In this document: positions 49,740 to 60,930 of the stretch, piece after piece | Position numbering within the stretch: the first letter of the stretch is position 1 | Layout: each line of letters starts with the position of its first letter | Assembly (NCBI GenBank): GCA_009602735.1 | Contig: WELA01003606.1 | Span: forward strand, 239,197 to 303,196 | Source of the DNA: Mesotaenium endlicherianum | Taxonomy: Eukaryota | DNA: 64,000 nt | Direction of reading: 5' to 3' | Translations under genes and position numbers: made by a program | The notes under the pieces: generated by a model | Database searches by the model: none | Seen by the model: the letters and a program-made list of their open reading frames with translations, nothing else | What the model was told of the DNA's origin: nothing

Positions 49740-52467
49740 GCAAAATCAACGGGGCAGGCGCTGCGCCTCCTTCGTTCATCGTCCCTGGTCTGGCCCGTTG
49801 CGCTTCTGCGGCGCTGCGGGCCCGCCGGCTGGTGCCACGTGCGTGTGCTCGCGGCTCGCGCGACTGATCGCAGGGCGGCTGCCGAGAGGCTGCGTGCGTG
49901 CGCAGCAGGCCAAAATGGCAGTTGCTGGCGCAGTCGCAAGGCCTGCCGCGCAGCCTGGTGCGCGGTCTGCCGCAAGGCCTGCCACAAGGCTTGCCGAGCC
50001 GCCTGCCGCAGAGCCTCCCCCAAGGTCCGGCGTGGCGACTGACGCGTCATGGTGGCTGGCGCGTGTGCGGATGCCGGCACACTCGCAGACGCAGGCGCAA
50101 GCGCTGCAAACGCAAGCGCATGCGTAGCAGCCGGAAGCGCAGCGGTTGTCAAGAGCGCTGTTGCCGGAACGGCTGGAGCTACAGGCGAGCACGCGGCTGC
50201 CGGGAGGCTGCCACGTGGCGCCTCCTAGTGGCTCCTGGAGCCAAGGGGTCGCGTTGTCGGATCGATGTCGGCGTCAGTCTCGGCTCCCCCCTGCAAAGCT
50301 TGTGGCGCCCTCCCCCTGGTGCGTTCGCTTGCTGGAGCCCCCGCAGCGCGAACTGCGGCGATGTCGGGGTTTTATGTGGAGTTAGGGTTTAAGCCCTGGC
50401 TGTGCGCAACCGTGTTGGCGCCGTCGGGACCCCGCACGGCGATTTGGTTGCACAGCGCCGTCGGGGTAGCCCCCCCCTCGAGTGAGGATGGCGATTGCGG
50501 CCGCCAGATCTGCACTGGCTGGCCCAGGTTGTGCGCGCGTGCCAAGTGGCGATACGTGTGCGCCATGGAAAAACCCTAGCTGCACGCGGCTGCGGGTGCG
50601 CCGTTGGCGCCTTGTCCGATGATCCGGCCGCACAGCGCAGTCGGGGTTGCCCCCCCCTGCCTAAACATGGTGGTCGCAGTCGCTGTCTCTGCACTGGCCG
50701 TGCCAGGCTGCGCGCGCACGCCACGTGGCAGCTTATGTGCACAGCTGCCGTGCGCAGCTGCGGCTGCTGCTGCGAAGCCGTCGTGGCGTCGTAAGCTGCG
50801 CAGCGGTCCTGGCAGCGCGATGTGCGGCGTGCGCGTACGTGCAAGTGCGTGCGCGGGCGCACTGCTGTTGGCAGGAGCGGCCCCACCTGTCGTGCAGAGA
50901 ACAAGTGGCGGCCTCTGCTGGGGCCTGCTGTCTGCAGCAGCCAGCAGGGGGCGGCTGTCTCGGCCCGTGCGCAGATCTGTACACGGACGTGCCGGGCGTA
51001 CGGCAAGGGACACTGCAACTGTGCTAGATGCAGACGTGCGTGCCGCCCGGTGCGCTCGTGCCGGCGTACGAGCTGTCGTTGCGCGAGCCGAATAAAAGCC
51101 TGCTGGGGACATTAGGGCAACGCAGACTTGGGGCTCTGTCGGAGCCTGGCTGGCGCGCGTGTGGTCCCGTCTGCAGGTTTGCCTACGCCAGGGGATGGCG
51201 CGGCCGCGCAGACCTGTAGCCTGCCGTCTGGCAGCCTGTCATAGCATGCGCAGTCGCTGCTGACAGATGTCAGCGCGGTGTGCAAAGGGCTGGCAAGGCC
51301 GTCTTTGCGGGCTCCTGCAGCTCCAATCGCGGGCGCTATGTCGTCGCGCTGACTTGCGCGGGGCTGCGGCGTTGCCGCGAAGCCGAATGTCAGCGTCTGA
51401 GATTGTTGAGGGTCGGAGCCAGGCGTGTGCGCAGGGGCTGCGCGGGCGCCAGCTGTCAGCGCTGTGGCGTAGGACGGTGGAGCCTGTGCGAAGAGCGCTC
51501 CGCACGCGTCGTAGCTATCGGCGTTAAAGAGGCCACGGAGTCTTGCGATCTCCGCGTTGGCCTCCACGAGGGCGTCACTGACATTGTCAAAGCTGCAGTA
51601 GTCGGCTCCGAGAGTCAGCGCGGCGTCCGTCGTGGCCGTAGCTGCCGTCATTGCGGGCCGTCCACCTGTGCAAGGGTTGCGCCCACTGTAAGGTCATAGG
51701 TTTATAAAGTGCATTTCTGAGTTTCATAAAAGTATGTTTTGATTGTAAAGTAGTGTAGAGTGCATTTTTGTGGTCATTCTGATATAAAGTTCATCGAATT
51801 TGGTCAAGTATTGAGAGAGTGATGGATTTCCGAAGTTCAATTAGTTTTGAGGTCGGTTGACGACTGTCCTTAATTTGCGGTGAGCGCGACCGTCGGATTG
51901 ACCGACAGCGTCGAGCGATCTGGCCCGTTAGAATGAACTGGAACCTTCACGTATGTTCGGCTGACGCGGAGTGCCGACTAGGTCGATTTACCTAGAAGTT
52001 TCGGATTAGCCTAGCGCGTCTAAGATAGAATATTCTAATAATGTCGATGCATGTATGTGGACGTCAATTCGGCCCGACACGTCAGATTAGACTGATCTGG
52101 CTTACTCACGAATATTCTGGAAGGGACGATTTGACGAAACCTTAGGAAAATCCATAGCTTCCTCCTAGGGAGGAGCACTTAGGCAGAAAATTATAAATAG
52201 GCATAACTTCTTTGTTTCTTATCAATTTTCACTTCTGTAAATTTTTATGGGTTGGCAATGACAAGGTTTTTCATTCTAAATCACTTGTGAGCAGTTTCTT
52301 ACTACTCAAAATGTTGAGTAATTCTTTTAAGCTTTCTTAGTGATATGTCGTTGCACTCATTAGTATGATTGCAGCTAGTTCCTTTCCTCGTGAGTTACTA
52401 CGCTTCCACTAGGGCACTCTGGGCCTTTCATCTGGTATCGGGGCTAGGCTAGATTGCATATTAAATT

Positions 52468-55400
52468 ATGGAGTCGCAGTCGACAGCTGGAGGAGGCAAA
52501 CATGTCAAGCATGTTGAGCGCGCGAGGCAGCAGGCAGCACCAACGATGACTAGAGAGCAACAAGAGATGCAGGCGATGCTTAGGCAAATGGCAAGTGCAA
52601 CTAGAGGAGAAGTCTACGCCCAATTTCAACAAAATATCGCGCGGAGGTGGAGGGATGGTGCGAGTTGTTGTTGGGAATGCCGCTTTGACGAGTTCGGCAC
52701 GTGCACCCGTTGTACCACCAATTCATGTTAACCGAGTGGTGCAACCAGTTATTCCACCAACATCGGAAGTGCGTGCGCCTAAGCCTGAAGTGTATACTGG
52801 AGAGCGAGGATCGCCGCCTGTTCATCAATGGATTTTTGGAGAGAAGAACTTTATGGAGTATTCTGCGCACACGCCCGACAGGCAAGTCGCCTTCGTCATA
52901 ACTCTGCTACAGAAGAGTGCTGGAGCCTGGTATGAGCGACAGGAGCAGCTGTTTGGAGTTCCTGCTACTGTTGATCAGCTCTTTGAAGGCTTGAAGAGGC
53001 AATTTCAACCTATTGCACCCGAAGCTACCGCTCGAGATCTATTTGTGCGCCTTCGTTAGCGAGGAAGCGTTCAGGAGTATGTTTCGCGCTTCAACGAGCT
53101 GGTGCTTCAATGTCCATCCATGCACGAGTCGGAGATGATGGACAAGTTCAAGAGAGGACTCAAGCCAACTGTGGCCAAGGAAGTGGCACTCAAGGACCCT
53201 ACCAATACCTATGGAGTTGGGACTTCTTCAGTCCCAGCGCAGGCAGCAGAATTTCAAGCCGAGAGGACCCTGCTATAATTGTGGCAAGCTTGGGCATCTG
53301 GCTCGAGACTGTCATGTGAAGGCAAAGCAACCTCAACAGCAGGAAAAGGAGGACGCCAGTAAGTCGTTCTGGGGTGTCTACTGGCGTGAAGACAAGAACT
53401 CACAAGGAGGTTATCCCACGGAGCCCGCCGAGAAGCGAAAGACGAGACGTTGACAAGCCTATCATCGTGGAAGGAGTCGTCGACGGCAACAAGGCGAAGT
53501 GTATGGTCGACAGTGGCGCAAGTGCAAACTTTGTGCACAAGAAGCTGGTGAAAGAGTGGCGAATCCCTGTGCAAAAGCATTATGAGCCTAAGGAGGCAAT
53601 TTCGGCAAATGGGCAGAGACTCAAGTGTGGTGCACCTACGGAAGCTATTCACGTGGAAGTAGCGGGGCACCGGAGTAAGGAAGTTATGGAGCAGGCAGAG
53701 TTAGGTCACCATGAGGTGATATTGGGCCGACCATGGCTCAGAAAAGCCAACCCTCAAGTGCACTGGAGCATAGGACAAGTGAAAGCCCAAGGGCGTGATG
53801 GTCGAATATAGACAGCGAAACAGGTGGAGGTAGATACGACCACAAGTAACTGTCTTCTGTCGAGCCTGCAAGTTAAGAAGCTATGCAGGGCGAATCAGGT
53901 GAAGGAGATGTACCTTGTTTCGGTGGCCCTGGCCAGGTCATCAGATGGAGCAAGCGTGAATCCTAACAGCCTGGGCGAATGTACATCGCCGGAGGAGCAA
54001 GTAGTGGTGTCTGATTCCCTTGCTCAGAAGGAGCAGAGCCCAATTGCTCAAGAGAAGAAGCCTGTTAAGATGCCTGCCCAAATTAAGGCGCTGTTGGAGG
54101 AGTTCAAGTGCGTTTTTCTAGTGGAGTTACCAGCAGGATTACCTCCACAGAGAGCTATGGAGCACAAGATCGAGTTGGAACCAGGGAGCAAGCCACCAGT
54201 GAGACCCGCCTATCGTCAATCGTTTGCGGAGTTGGACGAGTTGAAGAAGCAGCTGACAAAGTTGTTGGAGAAGGGATTCATCCAACCCAGCGAGTCTCCA
54301 TTTGCAGCGCGAGTCTTATTTGTGAAGAAGAAGGATGGGACTATGAGGATGTGTGTCAACTACCGGGCACTCAACAAGGTCACCATCAAGAACAGGTACC
54401 CACTTCCACGAGTGGACGAGTTGATTGACAGGCTTGTCGGGGCGAAGTATTTCTCAAAGATCGATTTGAGGAGTGGCTATCACCAGGTACGAATTGCGGA
54501 AGAAGACGTTCAGAAGACTGCTTTCAGGACTCGCTATGGTTTATTTGAGTTCACAGTCATGCCTTCTGGGCTGAGTAATGCACCTGCTACATTCATGGGA
54601 CTCATGAATAGTATCTTCAGACCCTACTTGGACCAATTTGTGGTGGTATTTTTGGACGACATCCTGATCTATTCGAAGACCTTGGAAGAGCATGTGGAGC
54701 ATCTGAGGAAGGTTTTGGAGGTCTTGAGAGATCAGAAGTTATACGGGAAGATGAGCAAGTGCGACTTCTGTCTCAAGGAGGTCGAGTTTCTTGGACATAT
54801 AATGGGAGCTGAAGGAGTCAAGGTGGAGCGAAAGAAGGTGCAAGCAGTTAGAGATTGGCCGGTACCTGCTGATATTCATCAACTCAAGAGTTTTCTAGGC
54901 ATGGCAAATTACTATCGACGTGTCATTGAAGGAACTGCCAAGGTGTGTGCACCGCTCACGAACATGTTGAAGAAGGAGGAGAAGTGGCTATGGGGTGACA
55001 AGGAGCAGCAAGCCTTCGAGAAGATTAAGGAGCTGTTGACACAGGCACCTGTGTTGGCAATGGCCAATTCAGATATTCCTTTCACCATCATTAGGGACGC
55101 ATTAAACTTTGCATTGGGAGCCATTCTTCTCCAGGACCAGGGTAGAGGATTGCAGCCTGTGGCATATGAGAGCAAAAAGTGGAGTCCTGCTGAGCAAAAC
55201 TATGCAGCACACGAGCAGGAGATGTTGGCTATTATCCAGGCTTTGAGGATTTGGCGATGTTATGTGGACGGAAGGAAGGTGTTGATCAAGACCGACCACA
55301 AGAGCTTGGAGAAGTTTATGACGCAGCCAACGTTGACACCAAGACAGGCAAGGTGGATGGAGTTTCTGCAACAGTTTGACCACAAGATTGAGTACTTACT

Positions 55401-57420
55401 TGGGAAGGTCAACCCTGCAGACGCTTTATCCAAGAGGTGCGACCTTGCAGCTGTCTCAGTCATCAAGAAGAGTATCGACTACAAGGAGAAGCTTAAGAGA
55501 GGTTATGAGGAGGATCCAAAATTTGCAGATTGTGGAACAGCTGAGTCCAACGCGAGTATGCAGACGAAGGACAACATATGGTATCATGGTGATTCCAAGA
55601 GAGTGGTGGTATCTGACATCAAGGAGCTACGAGACTTACTACTTGCGGAGCATCATGACTGCTTATATGCTGGACACTTTGGAAGCAAGAAGACGGCAAG
55701 CGTGTTGAAGCGGGAATACTATTGGAGAGATATGGACAAGGACATCGAGGAGTGGATCACGAGTTGCGATGCGTGCCAGAGAAACAAGACACCAAATCAA
55801 AGAACGGGGGTACATTGCAGCCCCTGCCTATCCCAGAGTATTATTGGGAGCAGATTGCTATGAACTTCATCACGTCGTTACCAGTGAGTGGTCAAGGGCA
55901 CGATGCAGTCTGGGTTGTGTCTGACCGGCTCACCAAGATGGCTCACTTCATTCCCATGAAGGAGACTTATACGGCAGCAGATGTGGCACGGCTATTCTTT
56001 GATCATATTTTCAGGCTACATGGGTTGCCGAAGGTGATTGTTTCAGATCGGGATCCAAGGTTTACTAGCAACTTCTGGCGGTCATTGTTTACTTTGATGA
56101 AGACCAAGCTGAGTATGAGCACTTTCTATCATCCTCAGACAGACGGGCAGAGCGAGAGGCTCAACAGAACTCTGCAAGAGATGCTCAGGAGTTTCACTAT
56201 GGAGGACCCTTCAGAGTGGGACAAGAAGTTGCCAGGGTTGGATTTTGCCTACAACAACAGTATGCAGGGATTGACCAAGCAGTCATCATTCGCTATGGTT
56301 TATGGAAGAGAAGTATATCATCCAGGGAACAACTTGTTGGAGTAGGCCAAGGAGACTCAAGTCCCTACTACACAAGCTTTTTTGGAGCAGATGGCCAAGA
56401 CTTGGGATATGGCGAAGACGTGTATTCGGAAGGCACAGGAGGAACAGGTCAAGTATGCCAACAAGCACAGGAGGAAAGTGACATACCATGTGGGTGACAA
56501 AGTACTCTTGTCAACAAAGAATCCACCTTTCACGGGCAAAAGTAAACTGCGGGCACGGTTTACAGGTGTAGTGCAACAGATAAATGAAGTACTTAGTGAA
56601 ATAAAATACTTTATTCAAGACAAGGATCTTTGAACACAAGTGGTAGCTTCTTGAAAGAGAGATGGCTTCTTGAAAGTTAATATATTTTTGGATTTTGGCA
56701 AGTTCAAGAGTGATTCTAGAATGTCTTTCTATGTTCTAGCTCTTGTTTATATACTTGCAACATAAGTAATTTCTACGAAAGTGTATGTTGATGTGTTGGC
56801 ACGCAACACATCCCAAAACTTGCCACCTCTTTCTAAAATAATGTACACATGTCCTTTTGACCTAGAAATGGCACATTTGACTTTTGCCACATGGAGTTCT
56901 TCTAGGTCTTTCCTCTAACTTCGAAAATGCCTTGGAAGGTTCAAAGGACATGAACCAAGTTACTAGAGTACCTATTCACACTTGACTCCACACAATACTA
57001 CTCCAAATATATTTGAAAACATAAAAATATATGCAAACTAATATATAATAATTCAAATCACTACAACAGGTCCCTTTGTAGTGCTCAAGCAGGTGAATCC
57101 GGTGACCTACAAGTTGGAGCTTCCTTCAGGCTGGCGTATCCATGATGTGTTCCATGTCAGTTGTTTGCGGCCATACGTTGACCCGAATGAAGGACATCCA
57201 GAACGACTAACTACACCGCCACCACCGGTCGAGATCGATGATGTATTGGAGGATGAACTGTAGGCAATTGTCGGTGACCGACGAGTCAAGCGAGGTCAAC
57301 GACTTGTTCAAGATTATCTGGTCAAGTGGAAAGGCTACCATGCGGATGACAACACTTGGGAGCTAGAGGCCAACTTGACTTATTGTAAGAGTAAGTTGAG
57401 ACGTTACTTGGAGAATGCGT
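52468..57420 (+). pseudogene. gag-pol of the family C element (gag, CCHC, PR, RT, RNase H, IN, chromodomain), with stops and frameshifts
   Basis: CYNCGKLGHLARDC; VDSGAS; FLDD; DAL..ALGA.L.Q, TDHKSL; SDRDPRFTS, HPQTDGQSER; YLVKWKGY...TWE at ~57260-57410. Confidence 0.95.
56567..57065. repeat. Solo LTR, family D, inserted in the family C integrase
   Basis: TGTAGTG...CACTACA ends; perfect TSD ACAGG. Confidence 0.9.
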
Positions 57421-58195
57421 CGAGGACGTCGCATCTTGAGGAGGGGGATGATGTAAGGTCACAAGTTTATAAAGTGCATTTTTGAGTTTCATAAAAGTAT
57501 GTTTTGATTATATAGTAGTGTAGAGTGCATTTTTGTGGTCATTTTGATATGAAGTTAATCGAATTTGGTCAAGTATTGAGAGAGTTATGGATTTCTGAAG
57601 TTTAATTAGTTTTGAGGTCGGTTGACGACTGTCCTTAATTTGCGGTGAGCGCAACCGTTGGATTGACCGACAGCGTCGAGCGATCTGGCCTGTTAGAATG
57701 AACTCAAACCTTCACGTAAGTTCGGCTGACGCGGAGTGCCGACTAGGTCAATTTACCTAGAAGTTTCGGATTAGCCTAGCGCGTCTAAGATAGAATATTC
57801 TAGTAATGTCGATGCATGTATGTGGACGTCAATTCGGCCCGACACGTCAGATTAGACTGATCTGGCTTACTCACGAATCTTTTGGAAGGGACAATTTGAC
57901 GAACACTTCGGAAAATCCGTAGCTTCCTCCTAGAGAGGAGTACTTAAGCAGAAAATTATGAATAGGCATACCTTCTTCATTTCTCATCAGTTTTCACTTC
58001 TGTAAATTTTTACGGGTTTGTAATGACAAGGTCTTTCATTCCACATCATTTGTGAGCACATTCTTGCTACTCAAAATGTTGAATAATTTTCTTAAGCTTT
58101 CTTAGTGATATGCTGCTGCACTCTTTAGTATGATTGCAACTAGTTCCTTTCCTCGTGAGTTACTACGCTTCCACTAGGGCACTCTGCCCCTTTCA

Positions 58196-59340
58196 CCCGC
58201 CTCGCTGTCCTGCTGCAAGCGAAGGACCATCACGAGCGCGCCCGTTCTCGACGTCGCGCTTCTTTTACAGACAAACGATCTGGAGGTGGCCGACCTTGCC
58301 ATAGTAGGTGCAATCGCCGGGCTTGCTATTCTGCGCAAGTGTGCAGTTCTGGCGTGAGTGGCCCGACTTTCCGCAAGACCAGCAGGGGTCACTTGTCGTG
58401 GCGGCCATGGAAATGCGGCCACGCGTAATTCCGCGCTGCTGGGTCTGTTGGGGCAGCTGAGAGCGCTGGGGCTGTTGCAGCTGAGGGTGGCGGGCAGGCG
58501 TTGTGTGCATCGTAGAAGATGGCAGCACCGAGGCCTCATGGCGCACGCCTATAGATGCAAGGCCCACACGGTCGCTAATGTTGCTCCGTGCGGCGGCCAG
58601 GCTCTGCTTCTCAACAGAGAGGTAGGTTTGCTACAGCGAATACTCTGAACCGTGGCGGTCGATGTGGGGGACGACAGCCCTCTCCCTCAGACACGGCTTG
58701 AAGGCGCGCAAGAAGATCTTCGCGGCCTCTCGATCGGTGATAGTGCTGACGTCGCGGCGTAGGTGCACCAAGCGGCGATACATCATGCGAATCGTTTCGT
58801 TCTTGCGTCGAAAGAAGTGGTGTAGCTCGTACACCTTCTCTTCAGTTGCAGCCTGGAACTCTGCCTTGAGGATGATTCAAAAGGCTTGCATTGGGTCGGC
58901 TAGGAGGGTCGCCATTGGTGGGTCACCTACAAGCTCGGTGCGTGTCCGGAGCTTGGCTTCCTTCTCGCAGAAGGTGTCGCGGGCCTCGTGATAGAGGTAG
59001 CGCATAAGCGTGTCGAAGACGTCGTGCTTCGTCAGCGTGGGCGTCTTGAGCTTTGTTGCCGCAAAGTTAGCCTGAAACTCTGAGATGGTATCTTCCAGAT
59101 CACAAGTGCCTGGCCCGTCGCTGAAGCAATCGGCGGACCTGTCAGTCTTGACCTCTTGGTCACCTGCCATAGGATACCAGGAATCTTAATGAGCCCACTG
59201 GGACGGTGGCTCAGAAGCAACTGCCGTGCGCTGGAGCGCGGATTGCTCCTCTTCAGAGGGTTCGGTGATAGTGCTGAGATCTGAGTCTGAGTCTTCTTCC
59301 TTAACCCCTTCGTAGTATGGCTGATAAGAACGCCCACTAC
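58196..59340 (-). pseudogene. gag of the DNMT element, with two zinc knuckles
   Basis: CWSCGKSGHSRQNC and CTYYGKVGHLQIVC; upstream gag-like fragments in broken frames. Confidence 0.7.
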
Positions 59341-60930
59341 AAATAGGCATACGCTAAAGATTCTAATTGCGTGCAGGCAAAGAGAGATCTTTTCAGAAGT
59401 AAGGAGTGTGTACTCTCCAGAGTGAGCACCTCAAAACTGTAAACTGGTAGGAATACAATTAATGAAGTACGGCCCAAAAGATCACTGGAAGCACATCATG
59501 ATCTTCAAAAGTAGTCCTCTGCAAGGGTTTAAGCTGCGACTTTGCTCACCTTTTGTGAAGTTCTTCAAGTGATTGGAAGCCAGTAGGGCTTGCTCTTCAC
59601 AAGAGAGTAACTAAGTGGTCCTGAAAACACAAGAGATAAAAGTGTAAGCTTTACTGATAATCTTTGTTACTTACAACTGGCATAATGGGACTTCTAAAAA
59701 GATGTCTCTTTAGGGACATCTTTAGTACTTATACTCCTAGAAAGCTGGCGTGGTATGCGGCGGATGCAATGCATCTAATCACTCTAGGAGGCTTTCCTAT
59801 GTCCACTAATGTGTACAAGGCATGTACTAGCGCTCCTATAGGCTAAGCATAAGTCAAACCAATCAAAGCAAAGCACGTAGAATATGCTATGGGTCTCTCA
59901 TTGGTGGAGCTTACCTTGGGTGATTCTACCTAGATAGTGCCTCAAAAGTGAATCTGGAACTTGAGGAAGCTTCCCCTAGGAGTAGGTGATGCAGGCACCC
60001 ACTTATAGCCTCAATGATGCACTTATAATATGGAAATGCAAGACTTATGTAGTTTAAGGGGCTCGCGGATTTGTGCGTACAAGCTAGGGGTCCTCGGGAT
60101 CACGAAGAGCCAACAATATCACCTTTGGGGACATTGTGTAATGAATCATTATATTGGTTGATATAATATTCATTTAAATATAACAGTTAAATAAGTTCAG
60201 TCTGCTGAACTCTAGTTAATAATCAGTTTGCTGGACTTTATATTTAATATCAGTTTAATGACTCAGCCGAAAGCAGAAGGCTGAAGTCAGCTTAAGTCAG
60301 CTTGCTGACACATTCTTTGACAGCCAGCTGACTTCCGTACTCGGTAGCAGCGAACCGCCTCGATATGCATCAAAGTGTGGTATGCTAGATGAAGCGCTAG
60401 ATGACATCCCTATGATAGTTGGCGATTCGGGATGATGGGAGATGGCGGTGAATTCGTTAACCGAGGTCCTACCAACGTGGTTAACTCCCGGGTAGGCAAT
60501 GCCATCGCACTGGCTGTTGAACAGTAAACTCATTCCATGTACATATGCTACGCATTGCTCTCAAGTTCGGCATTCGAAAACGAGGCCAACTCTCTTATAA
60601 CAGCTTACTGAGAGAGATCTGAATTCAAGGCGAGAAGCCATTGATACGCACTATCTTCTAACCTTGCTTATGTATGAGTTTACTGATTTGCATTATTGAT
60701 GCTAGTTTACTTGCATTTGACTTACGAGTATTACTTGCTGCTAGTGTGTTGTCCTTTGCCGTTTAACCAGTTAACGAAAAATACCATAAAGATTACTTGC
60801 TGATATAAAGATCTTCATTAAATAATAATCGCCTATTTGGTAAGTCGATTTATTTCAGTGGTATCAAAGCCGTTATCACAGTCTTTTTTGTATGGTAAGA
60901 ATAAGGTCTGAGGCTAGCAACTCCCGAGAC

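Larger units (their letters stand above)
51687..58195 (+). mobile_element. Full-length (defective) chromovirus-type Ty3/Gypsy LTR retrotransposon, family C
   Basis: LTRs at 51687-52430 and 57452-58195; PBS TGGTATC at 52433; PPT GAGGAGGGGGATGA before 57452; TSD CCCAC/CCCGC. Confidence 0.95.
43870..59340 (-). mobile_element. Ty3/Gypsy-type retroelement carrying a C5 DNA methyltransferase (gag-PR-DNMT-RT); truncated after RT and interrupted by family C insertions; its own LTRs were not identified
   Basis: gag with zinc knuckles at 58196-59340; aspartic protease-like region at 49125-49450; DNMT at 45330-46280; RT at 43870-44900. Confidence 0.8.

Noticed and set aside
50381..50580. Telomere-like TTAGGGTTT / AAACCCTA motifs
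   Set aside because: Two isolated single units within TE sequence; no array.
51850..52120. Possible ribozyme (retrozyme-like) in the hairpin-rich family C LTR
   Set aside because: Several short stems are present, but I could not find a hammerhead core (CUGANGA...GAAA) in the right geometry.
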